DNA of 64,000 nt from assembly GCA_028826165.1 (NCBI GenBank), contig JAPDFW010000076.1:351892-415891 (forward strand), given 5' to 3'. Source of the DNA: Anaeramoeba ignava BMAN (taxonomy: Eukaryota; Protista; Anaeramoebae). Of this stretch, positions 39,151 through 51,281 are shown in pieces. Position numbers and translations under genes: made by a program. Every line of letters begins with the position of its first letter. The stretch's first letter is position 1. The notes beneath the pieces were generated by a model. The model made no database searches. It saw nothing but the letters and a program-made list of their open reading frames with translations, and was not told where the DNA came from.

Positions 39151-42100
39151 ATGTTACAAAAAGTTTTTTTGGTTTTATTTTTCTTTTCAATTGTTTTTTC
39201 TCATTCTGCAAGTGAATGGAAACAAAGTAGAGTAATTTATCAACTTTTGACAGACAGATTTGCTAAAACAACAGGAAATACAGGTTCATGTGCAGATTTA
39301 TCAAATTATTGTGGAGGAACTTTTCAAGGAATTATCAACCATTTAGATTATATTAAGGGGATGGGATTTAATGCAATTTGGTAAACAAGAAAAAAAAAAT
39401 TTAAAAAAAATTTAAAAAAAATTTAAAAAGTCGAAAAATTTTTTTTATTAAATTTTTTTGTTTAATTTTGAAAATAGGATTTCTCCAATTCCAAAAAACA
39501 CAGAAGGAGGTTATCATGGATATTGGCAACAAGATATTTATGAAGTTAATCCACATTTTGGTTCTGCAGATGATTTGACAAATTTAATTAAAGCAGCTCA
39601 TGATAAAGGTATTTGGGTTATGGGTGATGTTGTTGCTAATCATGTGGGAAATGTTGATATGGATTTCGCAGCAATTACACCTTTTAATACTTCTGATTCT
39701 TATCATTCAAAATGTCAAATTGTGGATTGGAAGTAAAATTTAAATAAAATTCATTTAAAAAATTAAAATTAAAATTAAAATTCATTTATAAAATTAAAAT
39801 TAAAATTAAAATTAAAATTCATTTATAAAATTAAAATTAAAATTAAAATTAAAATTAAAATAAAATTAAAATTACAGTCTTCCCAAACGATTAGAGATTT
39901 TAGCAATAAGAGATTTTTTTTTTATTTTTCCCAATCAATAAAAGAAGTAAACTATTTTCAACACAAAAAAAAATTTCCCTATTCCTTTTTTTATTGAGAT
40001 TTTTTCATGTTTCCAAAAAGTTGTTTCCAAATAAAAATGAAACTCTGGAAATGAATAATTATTCCTCAAGTTGACTCTCTCGAACAAAAAGAGATTTTGG
40101 GTTATTTTCAAGGAATAAAAATCCAAGAATAAAAATCAGAAAAAGAAAAAGTTAGTTCCTGGATTTCAAGAGTTTGAATATGCGTGCTTATTGAATCAAA
40201 TCCATATTTATTCGAGAAATTTTGAGAATATGAGAATTCAAACATTTAGAGAATTTGATCATTCTTCATCATATTTAGTAATGTGGATTGAGAAACATAC
40301 AGCTTTTCTCATTTACACAGATCAAATGTTATCTTAGAAAGAAGAAACGAGTGAATAAAAAAAAATGAAAGAATGATGATAGCTTCTTGTTTTATTTCAA
40401 AATTGGGAATTTCTTCTTGAAAAAAATGAAAAAAAATTTGAATTAAGTTTGAATGAATGAAAAAAATTTTGAATTAAGTTTGAATGAATGAAAAAAAATT
40501 TGAATTAAGTTTGAATGAATGAAAAAAAAGAATTTGGAATTGGTCTTTAAAATTAGACCAAGCAAAATATCTTTTGGAAACCATTTTCAAAGTATTTAAT
40601 AAATTGTCTTTTTTTTCTTTCTTTTTTTCTAATTTAGAATTCAAAGGATTCGAGCGACATTTCTTTCCTATTTTTCGTATTCTCTTTACTAACTGGCGAA
40701 TTTCAGCATGCTCCTTTTGGATTTTGGCAGGTTTTGCTTTTAGGTCATCTTTCTGGAACAGATCAAAAATGATATTTCTAAAAATTTCTCCATCTTTGGG
40801 ATTCAGAATTTCTCTTATCTCTTTAACAGATTTCTTTTCGAAAATTCTTAATTGAATATACTTTGAAACAAATACTAATCCACCCAATTATCTTGAATCG
40901 AATTTTCAAATTCGACTTCAGAAAAATCAAATTTCCATTTTTCTGCTATAGATTTCCCAAGTTCTGTGAGATGAGAATATCCGTTTAGAGAACTAAAGAA
41001 TTCAAACTTGTGCCTCTTTATTGATCAAAAAGAACCCAATGCCTCTCTTCAACCATTGGAGCTATTATCCATGTTCCATCAAAGTCTTCATCAAATTTTT
41101 CTAATTGATTTGCAATATCTTCCTTATCACCACTTTCTAAAACAAACATCTTGCCTTTTGAAAAGAACTTTTCAAGGAATTCAGCAAAGAATCTTCTGAT
41201 TTGAGGCAGCTATTCTTTTTCTCCAACTGAATTGATCGTGGTGTGTGTGGTATTTTCTTTTATTTATTGCATCTATACTTTTTAGAAAAAGTTTTTGATA
41301 ATCAGTTTTTTTTGATTTGGAAAACTTGTTTTTCTTCAACCTTTTTAAAATTTAGTCTTCCGATTTTTGTACAGTTCTTTTCTCGATATTTTCCTTTTTC
41401 TTTTCTTTTCACTTGATGTTGATTGTAACTCTATTATTCAGGAACAAAACTTGTTTTTCAAAATAAATCGGATAACACCAGTATGTCGAAAAATTCCAAA
41501 AACACAGTAGGAGGTTATTCAACTCTTAATGGGAATCTATTTCATCTCTGGCTAATTTTCCTTTTTGATCTATGATAGGTAAATTTGAGAGTTATATCCT
41601 TTTTGAATGTTACCAATTTATCCAAATGGAGAATTCCCGTCATCTTTCCTGGTACATATACTAACAAGTGACTTTTGAGAGTGAAATCTGTGTTATATGA
41701 GGTATAAAAACTTCTTTCAGCCAATCGATCATTTAGACCAACCAGATGAGGAAAGGAAATTTTGTTGGGTATTAAAATTTTCAAAGTTGCCTTGACAATG
41801 AATGTGGGCGGAATGGATCAGCAAGCAATTACAACTGCCATTTGATGATTTTTTTTTGTACTCTCTGATCATTCCTGAGTTTATCTGATTTAATGGATGA
41901 AAAATTTCAAATTTGGAGAATGATCAATCATTGGAAACAAAATTCGCATTCAAAAATCTTTTTCGCAAGTATTGAAGAGAAAAGAATATTTTAAATCAGT
42001 TTGGAAAATAATATGGCCAATTCTTGGATACTCTTTTTGATTTTTGGGAATCATTGAATCTTAAAGTTGTTGAATAAATGTCAAAAAAGATCCTTTCACT

Positions 42101-44204
42101 AATTTTTGATTCAAAATTGCTTCCGTGCTCGTTTTGAATTAATGTTTCTCCTCTCGGAATGAAAATTGGAGTCTTCCATAAATTTTTTTAGTTGACTTAA
42201 AATGCTTTTTAAAATTTGCTTTTACCTTTAAAAATTTTTGTTGGAAAGTTTGTCTTTTTGTGGTAATTTTGAACAAGAAAAAGTTTTTGTTCATTTTTGA
42301 AGGAACTTTAAGAAAAATAAAAATAATCGACAAAATTTTTGTCAGGCATTTTTCACCTTTTGCCAAATAAAAGAATAAAAAGAAAAAGATTCAAAAATCA
42401 AAATAAAATCAAAAAGTCAAAATTAAAAACCAAATCATAGAATTTTTATCTTTATTTTAATTGAAAAACTTGATCAAAAAAAAGTTTTTTTCGTAAAATC
42501 TCTAATCGTTTGGGAAGACTGTAGTATTAAAATTCATTTATAAAATTAAAATTCATTTATAAAATTAAAATTAAAATTAAAATTAAAATTAAAATAAAAT
42601 TAAAATTAGTATTAAAATTCATTTATAAAATTAAAATTAATTTATAAAATTAAAATTCATTTATAAAATTAAAATTAAAATTAAAATTAAAATTAAATAT
42701 AAAATTAAAATTCATTTAAAAATTAAAATTAAAATTAAAATTAAAATTGAAATATTAAAATTAAAATTAAAATTAAAATTAAAATTAAAATTAAAATTCA
42801 TTTATAAAATTAAAAATAAAATTAAAATTAAAATTAGTAATCAATGGCAAGTGGAAAATTGTCGTCTTTGTAATCTTCCTGATTTAGCTCAAGAAAATGC
42901 TTTTGTTAAAACAACTTTATTAAATTGGGTTCATGATATTGTTCAAAATTATGGATTTGATGGAGTAATTAAAATTTAAATCAAAATTCAAAATTTAAAA
43001 TTTAAAATTAATTATGAAAACAAAAATATTTATCTGAATATTTTAGTTAAGAATTGATACAACTCAAGAAGTTCCTAAAGTAAATAATGAAAGAAAAATT
43101 GAATTTAAATCAATCATTTCATGTTTATGTTCTTATTTTTGAAAAAAAAAAATAATAAATTTTTTTCTTTAATTAGGATTTTTGGACTTTATATTCTCAA
43201 TCAGCAGGAGTTTATACAGTTGGAGAAATTTATAATGGAGAGTAAATTTATCCAAAACAAAACAAAAAAATTTTGAAAGAAAAATTAATTTCTAAATTGA
43301 TATCTTTTGTTTTTTAAATTGTTTGAAAATTTTTTTTATGATTTTTAGTGTTGGATATGTTGCTGGATATCAAGGATGCATTGATGCTACTTTAAGTTAT
43401 CCTCTTTATTTCACACTTATAAGTGTTTTTGCAAACAAACAATCAATGTATCAAATCCAATCTGAATATGAAGCTTATGCAAGTAATTTTCCAGATATGT
43501 CAATTCTTGGAACTTTTATTGATAATCATGATCAACCACGTTTTTTGGATTTAAATGGAGATTATACTTCTTATAAAAATGCAATTGCTTTTGTTTTGAT
43601 GGCTGAAGGAATTCCGATTATTTATTATGGAACAGAACAAGGATTTGCAGGAGCAAGTGATCCAAAGTATAAATAATTTTAATAATAAATAAATTTGATT
43701 TTATTTTAATTTGAATTTGAATTTTAATTTTAATTTTAATTTTATTTAATTTTTAATTTTTTAAGTAATCGTGAAGATTTATGGAGATCTGGTTATAATG
43801 AAAATTCAGAATTATATCAATACATTAAGCAAATTAATGAATTTAGAACATCAAGTAAATTTGATAATACACAAAAACAGATACAAAGATATGCAGATGG
43901 TAATTTTATTATAAATCAATTAAAATCACAAAAAAAATCAATTGTTTTTAAAATAAAATATATTTATATTATTTTATAACTTTTATTTTTAGATAATTTC
44001 TATGCATTTACTCGAGGAACTGTTTTTGCTGCTTTTACTAATAAAGGAACAAATGGACAAGTTTCTCGATTGATTACTTATCATCCTTATTCTGATGGAA
44101 CAAAATTATGCAATTTGTTTGATTTAAGTGATTGTTTTGTTGTTAATAACGGACAATTTACAATTAATTTGAATGGACTTCCCAAAATTTACTATGAAGT
44201 TTAA
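39151..44204 (+). CDS. Secreted alpha-amylase, GH13 fungal-type; exons 39151-39380, 39478-39732, 42838-42964, 43047-43079, 43177-43241, 43349-43666, 43766-43899, 43993-44204
   Basis: Signal peptide, [20 protein letters not shown], catalytic RIDT / GEI / [15 protein letters not shown]. Confidence 0.95.
40432..40528. repeat. Three ~31-bp tandem repeats inside the transposon
   Basis: AAAAAATTTGAATTAAGTTTGAATGAATG x3. Confidence 0.85.
40745..41208 (-). pseudogene. Decayed Ulp1/SENP8-like peptidase C48 domain within the transposon
   Basis: Across frameshifts: [15 protein letters not shown] / [11 protein letters not shown] / IQDNWVD / VFVSKYIQ...FRNIIFDLF. Confidence 0.65.
41542..41845 (-). pseudogene. 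Decayed pogo/Tigger-type DDE_1 transposase remnant
   Basis: [16 protein letters not shown] resembles TVVLAC..G.KLPP.IIFK; [22 protein letters not shown] resembles VIPGG.T..LQPLD..V...FK. Confidence 0.6.
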
Positions 44205-44532
44205 AAATTCTTCATTTCAAGTTTAAATCCAAAATTCTTTTTTCAAATTCTTTTTTCAAATTGAATTCCATTTTTTTCAAAATTAAAAATCGGAAAAAAA
44301 TTTTCTTTTAATTTCTTTTAAATTCTTTTTTAATTTTCTTTTAAATTCTGTTTTAATTTCTTTTTTAAATTTTCTTAAATTCTGTTTTAAATTTTCTTTT
44401 AAATTCAAAAAAAAAATAAAAGGGGAAAATGTCAAAGCCAAAACAAAGGAGAAAAATAAAAAAATAAAAAAATAAAAAATATTTTGGTTTTTCATTTTTT
44501 TTTTTCTGATTTTTTTGAATACAAAATCATAA

Positions 44533-47500
44533 ATGGATCAAAAAGAAAGAGATTTTTTGGTTTTTGTAGCCAAAATGTGTGAACAAGCAAGAAGATATGA
44601 AGGTATTTTTAAATCAAAAAATCAAAAAAACAAAAAAACAAAATAAAAAAGAAATGAATAAAAAAAAATAAAAAAAAATTTTGTGATAAAAAATATAAAA
44701 ATAAATAAAAATAAATTAATTAAACATAAAGAAATGCGAGACGCAATGAAATCAATAATTCAAGTAACGGGAGAATTAACGACAGAAGAAAGAAATTTAT
44801 TGTCAGTTGCTTATAAAAACTTAATTACACCCAAAAGATATTCTATCAGAGTTTTTACTTCTTTTGAAGAGCGTGAAACTGAAAATGGTAATCAAACTAT
44901 TGCTGAAAGAATTCGTGAAAAACGTCTTAATTCCGAAAAAGAGTTAAAAGATATTTGCTTTGAGATTATCAGTTTTATTGATGAAAAATTGATCCCCTCA
45001 GCTACTAATGATGAAGGTCTTGTTTTTTATTATAAAATGTAATTTAATATTTTTCTTTTTTTTTTTTTTAAATTTAAAAATTAAATTTAAACTGAATTAT
45101 TCAAATTAATTATGAAATTTAAAATTAAGTTTAATCACACAATTATAAACAAAATTATTAACAAATTTATTAACAAATTTATAAACAAATTTATTAACAA
45201 ATTTATAAACAAATTTATAAACAAATTAAGAAATAATTTAATAACAAAATTATAATCAAAATTATAAACAAATTTATAAACAAATTTATTAACAAATTTA
45301 TTAACAAATTTAATAAACAAATTTATAATCAAATTTATAAACAAATTTATAAACAAATTTATAAACAAATTTATAAACAAATTTATAAACAAATTTATAA
45401 ACAAATTTATAAACAAATTTATAAACAAATTTATTAACAAATTTATAAACAAATTTATTAACAAATTTATAAACAAAATTATAAACAAAATTATAACACA
45501 TTAATAAATAAATTTATAAACAAATTTATTAACAAATTTATAATGAAATTTATAAACAAATTTATAATCAAAATTATAATGAAATTTATAAACAAATTAA
45601 GAAATAATTTAATAACAAATTTATAAGCAAATTTATAATGAAATTAATAAACAAATTTATTAACAAATTTATAAACAAATTTATAAACAAATTTATAAAC
45701 AAATTAATAAACAAATTTATAATCAAAATTAACAATAATTTATAAACAAAATTAACAATAATTTAATAACACATTTATAAACAAATTTATAATGAAATTA
45801 ATAAATAAAATTATAAACAAAATTATAAACAAATTTATTAACAAATTTATAAACAAATTAATAAACAAAATTATAAACAAATTTATAATGAAATTTATAA
45901 ACAAATTTATAATCAAAATTATAATGAAATTTATAAACAAATTAAGAAATAATTTAATAACAAATTTATAAGCAAATTTATAATGAAATTAATAAACAAA
46001 TTTATAAACAAATTTATTAACAAATTTATTAACAAAATTATTAACAAAATTATTAACAAAATTATAAACAAAATTATAAACAAATTATAAACAAATTTAT
46101 AAATAAAATTATAAACAAAATTATAAACAAATTTATTAACAAATTTATAAACAAAATTATAAACAAAATTAACAATAATTTATAAACAAATTTATAAACA
46201 AAATTATAAACAAAATTATTAACAAAATTATAAACAAATTTATAATAAAAATTTATAAACAAATTTATAAACAAATTTATAAACAAATTTATAAACAAAT
46301 TTATTAACAAATCTATAAACAAAAATTATTAACAAATTTATTAACAAATTTATAAACAAATTTATAAACAAATTTATCAACAAATTTATCAACAAATTTA
46401 ATAACACATTTATAAGCAAAATTATAAATAAAATTATAAACAAATTTATTAACAAAATTATAAATAAAATTATAAATAAAATTATAAATAAAATTATAAA
46501 CAAAATTATAAATAAAATTATAAATAAATTTATAATCAAAATTAACAATAATTTATAATGAAATTTATTAACAAATTTATAATGAAATTTATAATAAAAT
46601 TTATAATAAAATTTAAATAATTTTTAGGAAAGGAGATTATTGCCGATATTTAGCAGAATTTTTAAAATCAGATGAAAAGAGTAAATCCATTGAAAACAGT
46701 GGAGAAAGTTATAAAAAAGGAGTTGAAATTGGAAAAAATTTGAGTTCAACAAATCCTATTAGATTAGGATTATCTCTTAATTACTCAGTTTTTTTGTATG
46801 AAATATTGGCAAATCATCAAGAAGCATTTCAATTTGCAAAACAAGCTTTTGATGAAGCAAGGCCTCATATTGATTCTTTATCTGATAAATCATATAATGA
46901 TACAATTTTAGTCATGCAATTACTTAGAGATAACTTGAATTCTTGGGCAAAAGATTTTGAAGCTCAAGGTTCATAATTTTTCCATTTAGAATTTAGAATT
47001 TAAAATTTGATTTTAAAATTAATTTATAAAATTAATATCAAAATTAAAATTAAAATTAAAATTAAAATTAAAATTAAAATTAAAATTAAAATTAAAATTA
47101 AAATTAAAATTAATTTAAAATTAAAATTAAAATTAAAATTAAAATTAAAATTCATTTATAAAATTAAAATTCATTTATAAAATTAAAATCAAAATTAAAA
47201 TTAAAATTAAAATTAAAATTCATTTAAAATTAAAATTAAAATTAAAATTAAAATTAAATTTAAAATTAAAATTAAAATTAAAATTAAAATTAAAATTAAA
47301 ATTAAAATTAAAAATTAAAATTCATTTATAAAATTAAAATTAAAATTAAAATTAAAATTAAATTAAAATTAAAATTAAAATTAAAATTAAAATTAAAATC
47401 AAATTTGGAATTAAAATTAAAATTAAAATTAAAATTAAAATTATAATTAAAATTAAAATTAAAATTAAAATTAAAATTAAAATTGAAATTCATTTATAAA

Positions 47501-47645
47501 ATTAAAATTCATTTATAAAATTAAAATCAAAATTAAAATCAAAATTAAAATTAAAATTCATTTATAAAATTAAATAGGAGATGAGGATGAAGATGATGAT
47601 GATGATGATACTGAAGAACTTGATGAACCAAATCAAAAGAAATAA
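44533..47645 (+). CDS. 14-3-3 protein (divergent); exons 44533-44602, 44732-45038, 46628-46968, 47578-47645
   Basis: ERNLLSVAYKN, VFYYKMKGDYCRY, TNPIRLGLSLNYSVF, LVMQLLRDNL, acidic tail. Confidence 0.94.
45140..46615. repeat. Intronic 12-mer repeat (AAACAAATTTAT)n
   Basis: Tandem repeat within 14-3-3 intron 2. Confidence 0.9.
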
Positions 47646-47909
47646 TCAAAAAAAAAATTTATAATCAAAAAAAATAACTTTGGATTCTTTTACTTTTCTT
47701 TTTTTTTTTTTTAATTCTTTTCTTCTTTTTTTTTCATTTCAAAAATCTCACATCATCAATCAAAACGCTGTTCGAGTTTTTTTCTCTTCAATTTTCTTTT
47801 CTTCTTCTTCTTCTTTTTTTTTTTAATAACCCAAAAAAATTAAACAAATCAAAAAAAGAAAAAATTTATTTAGTAATTTATAAAAGAAAAAAAAAGAAAA
47901 AAAAGAAAA

Positions 47910-48949
47910 TTAATTATCAGTTGAATCACTGTAAGAATTTGTTTCATAAGATTCAGCATTTGATGATTTATTTTGATTTTGTGATTGATTTTGATTTTCA
48001 TCATCAAATTCATCAAAATCATCTTCATTTGAATCATTTTGATTTGAATTTTGATTTTGTGATTGATTTTGGTTTTCATCTTCATCTTCATCAAAATCAT
48101 CTTCACTTTCATCTTGAATTTCGTTTTGTTTTTGTTTTTGTTGTTCTTGTTCTTGTTCTCTTTGTTTTTGTTGTTCTTTTTGTTTCTGTTTCTGTTTTTC
48201 TTTTTCTTTTTCTATTGCAATTTCTTTTTTTTCTCTTAATTTTTTTGCAAGTTCCATTTTCTTTTTTTGTTCATAAATTTTTTCAAGAGAAAATAAAGTG
48301 GAATTTTCCATTTGTTCAAGAAGTGGAACAGGAGGTCTAAAATTTCCTAATTCTGGATTTGTTTCTGGATCATAATCAATAGGAGCACTTGTAGTATAAC
48401 TAATATTATGAGCATAACCAATTAAATCTTCAATACTAACTTTTCCTATTTAATTTTAATTTTAATTTTATAAATGAATTTTAATTTTAATTTTATAAAT
48501 GAATTTTATAAATGGATTTTAATTTTGATTTTATAAATGAATTTTATAAATAACTGTTTTTTGATTGTTTAGAAAGATCTAATTGTGTTTTTGCTTGTTT
48601 AATTGTAGTTCTGAGTTTAAGTTCAACTTTTCTTAATTCAAGAACTAATTCAGAAATATTTTCATCTTTTTCTTTAATTTGTAATTCAATTTCTTTAAGA
48701 GATTTTTGAATTGTTTCATGTTCTTTAACTTAAATTGAAAATTAGATTAAAAATTGAAAATTAGATTGAAAATTAAATTGAAAATTAAATACATTCTTTT
48801 AAAGCTTCTTGTAATTTTTTATCGGTTTGAACAAGTGATTTTGTTATTTCAACAATATCTTCACTTTGTGTAAGATTAGAAACTAAATCATGAACTAAAC
48901 TTTGATATTCTTGAAGAATAGAATTCAAATTTTTATATAATTGTGCCAT
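47910..48949 (-). CDS. MED4: Mediator subunit 4 (three exons)
   Basis: Coiled-coil N-terminus, then VSIEDLIGYAHNISYTTSAP...RPPVPLLEQMENSTLF signature and acidic tail; two short GT-AG introns. Confidence 0.8.
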
Positions 48950-49047
48950 AAAAAGAAAATAATGAATTAAATTAAAAAAAGAAAAAAAATGAAAAAAATG
49001 ATTTTTTAAAAAATTAAGGAAAAAAAAATATTTTTGAATTTTGGATT

Positions 49048-51184
49048 TTATTGGAACTTATTAATTAAATGAAATAAATGTAAATCAATTATTGAATTTT
49101 GATTTAATTGATAATAATCTTTTAAATCTTCAAATTCTTGAATAATTTCTTTTGTAATTTCTTTTGTTTCATCAAATTCATCATGATAAAGAAAATAAAT
49201 TAATTGATGAATTGTTTCAAATGATTTTCCTGAATAATCATGAACTTGATTAGATGAATCTTGAACACTTAAAAACATTCCTTGAAATAATTCACTTCTC
49301 ATTATTAATATTAATTTATGAACTTTAATTTCCTTTTCATCTTTACAAATAATTTTGAAATCTTTTGTTGATTCATTTTGATATAATTTTGATAAATCTT
49401 TGATTATTCCTTTTCTTCCTTTTTTGGATTCAATCCAATTTGAATCAAATCCAATTTCTTTAAAAAATTTCAAGAACTTTTTGTTCTTTTTTTGGTTTTG
49501 GTTCTTCATCTGAATAATCTGATTCATCTGAATAATCTGAATCATCTGTTTCATTTGTTCCAAATCTTTTTTTAATTTTTTCGAAATCAGGAAAACCTGT
49601 GTAAATGAAATTTAAAGCAATCTCAACTTCTTCTTTTGGTTTATTTTCACAATTTTTTATAAATTCATTTAAAATATTTTGATTATTATCAAATCTTGTT
49701 AAAAGAATTAATTTGTCAACTTTAAATTTGGAAGAATCATTTGATCGAATTTCAAAATTAGAAAAATTATCATTCGATTTTAGTAATTTGTTTAAATCAT
49801 CATTAAGTGAATAAATTTGTAAGAACAATTCAATATTTCCTTCCTGATTAACAAATTCTGATATATATTCGAGATTGACATCATTCATCATCAATATTTT
49901 CATTACTTCATAATTTTCATTTGCAACTGAAATTATAAAAGGTGTTTCTTTTTCTCGATTTCTTTTATTGATATCAAGTCCTTGTGAAATTAAATAAGAA
50001 ACCAAATTTTGAGGTTCAATATTTCCACAAACATAATGCAAAATTGTTTCCTTTTGAGCATTTTCTGCGTTAATATCAGCTCCTTTTTCAACTAAATATT
50101 TCAGAATATCAACTATTTCATTTTCTCGATCCTCATTTTCTCCAATATAATGCAAAGGAGTTTCATTTTCATCTGTTTTTGCATGAATATCAGCTCCTTT
50201 TTCAACTAAATATTTAACTACTTTCAGGGATTGATTCTTGCAAGCAAAATGTAAAGCTGTTTGATTTTCATTATTTGGAAAATTGATATCAGCACCTTTT
50301 TCAACTAAATATTGGATCACTTCAAATGAAGCGCAATGTTTGCAAGCAAGATGCAAAGGAGTCACTTTTTGATATGTTTGTGCATTAACATCAATCCCTT
50401 TTGCAATCAAATATTGAATAATTTCAATTGATGGATTATTCTCACAAGCATAATGCAAAAGTGTTTCATTTCTCAAAATTGTAGCATTAATATCAGCTCC
50501 TTTTTCAATTAAATATTGGATAATTTCAAGTGGTAATTGATGCAAAATTGCAAAATATAAAGGTGTTTCTCCTTCTTTTTTTTTTGCATTCACATCAGCT
50601 CCTTTTTCAATTAAATATTTGATCACCTCAAAGATATCTTCTCTTTGTTCAAAAAATAATTTATGAAGAGGTGTTAAATCACTATTCATTTTTACATTAA
50701 TATCAGCTCCTTTTTCAATTAAATATTTGATGATTTCAAGTGGTAATTTTTTGTAAATAGCTAAAGATAAAGGTGTGTCTTCAAATCTTTTTTTTGCATT
50801 CACATCAGCTCCTTTTTCAATTAAAATCTGAATAATTTCAAATAAATTTTCTTTTTCTGAATAAGTCAACGCAAAATGTAAAGGTGTTTGACTTTCTACT
50901 GCTTTTGCATCAATATCAGCTCCTTTTTCAATTAAATATTTGATCATTTCAATGTTATCTGTGTATATACACGCAGTATGTAATGAATTCATATTACTTG
51001 AATCTTTTGCATTAACATCTGCTCCTTTTTCAATTAAAATTTGAATAATTTTAAGAGGAAATTTGTTTTTAATTGCAAAATTTAAAATTGATTTTCCGTT
51101 TTTGATTAAATCATTTTGAGGAATTGATTTAAATTGTTTTAATAATTTAAAATCTTCTCTTTCAAGAATTTCCCAAATATCCAT
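49048..51184 (-). CDS. Ankyrin-repeat + BTB-domain protein, with a 1-nt frameshift near 49465
   Basis: About 12 TPLH..LIEKGADIN ankyrin repeats; HKLILIMRSELFQGMF BTB; removing one base of the T/A run joins KVLEIF to KEIGFDSNW. Confidence 0.85.
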
Positions 51185-51281
51185 TTTTAGAAAGAAAAAA
51201 AATGAATTTTAAAAAAAAAAATATTTTTTTTCATTTTTTTCATTTTCATTTTTTTCTATAAAGATATAAAAACTAAACAAA

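Larger units (their letters stand above)
39875..42521 (-). mobile_element. Non-autonomous IS630-Tc1-mariner (pogo-like) DNA transposon, 28-bp perfect TIRs, TA target duplication
   Basis: CAGTCTTCCCAAACGATTAGAGATTTTA at 39875-39902 with its exact reverse complement at 42494-42521; TA on both flanks. Confidence 0.93.

Noticed and set aside
40574-41199. Plus-strand ORFs inside the transposon
   Set aside because: Antisense to the recognisable protease remnant and without motifs.
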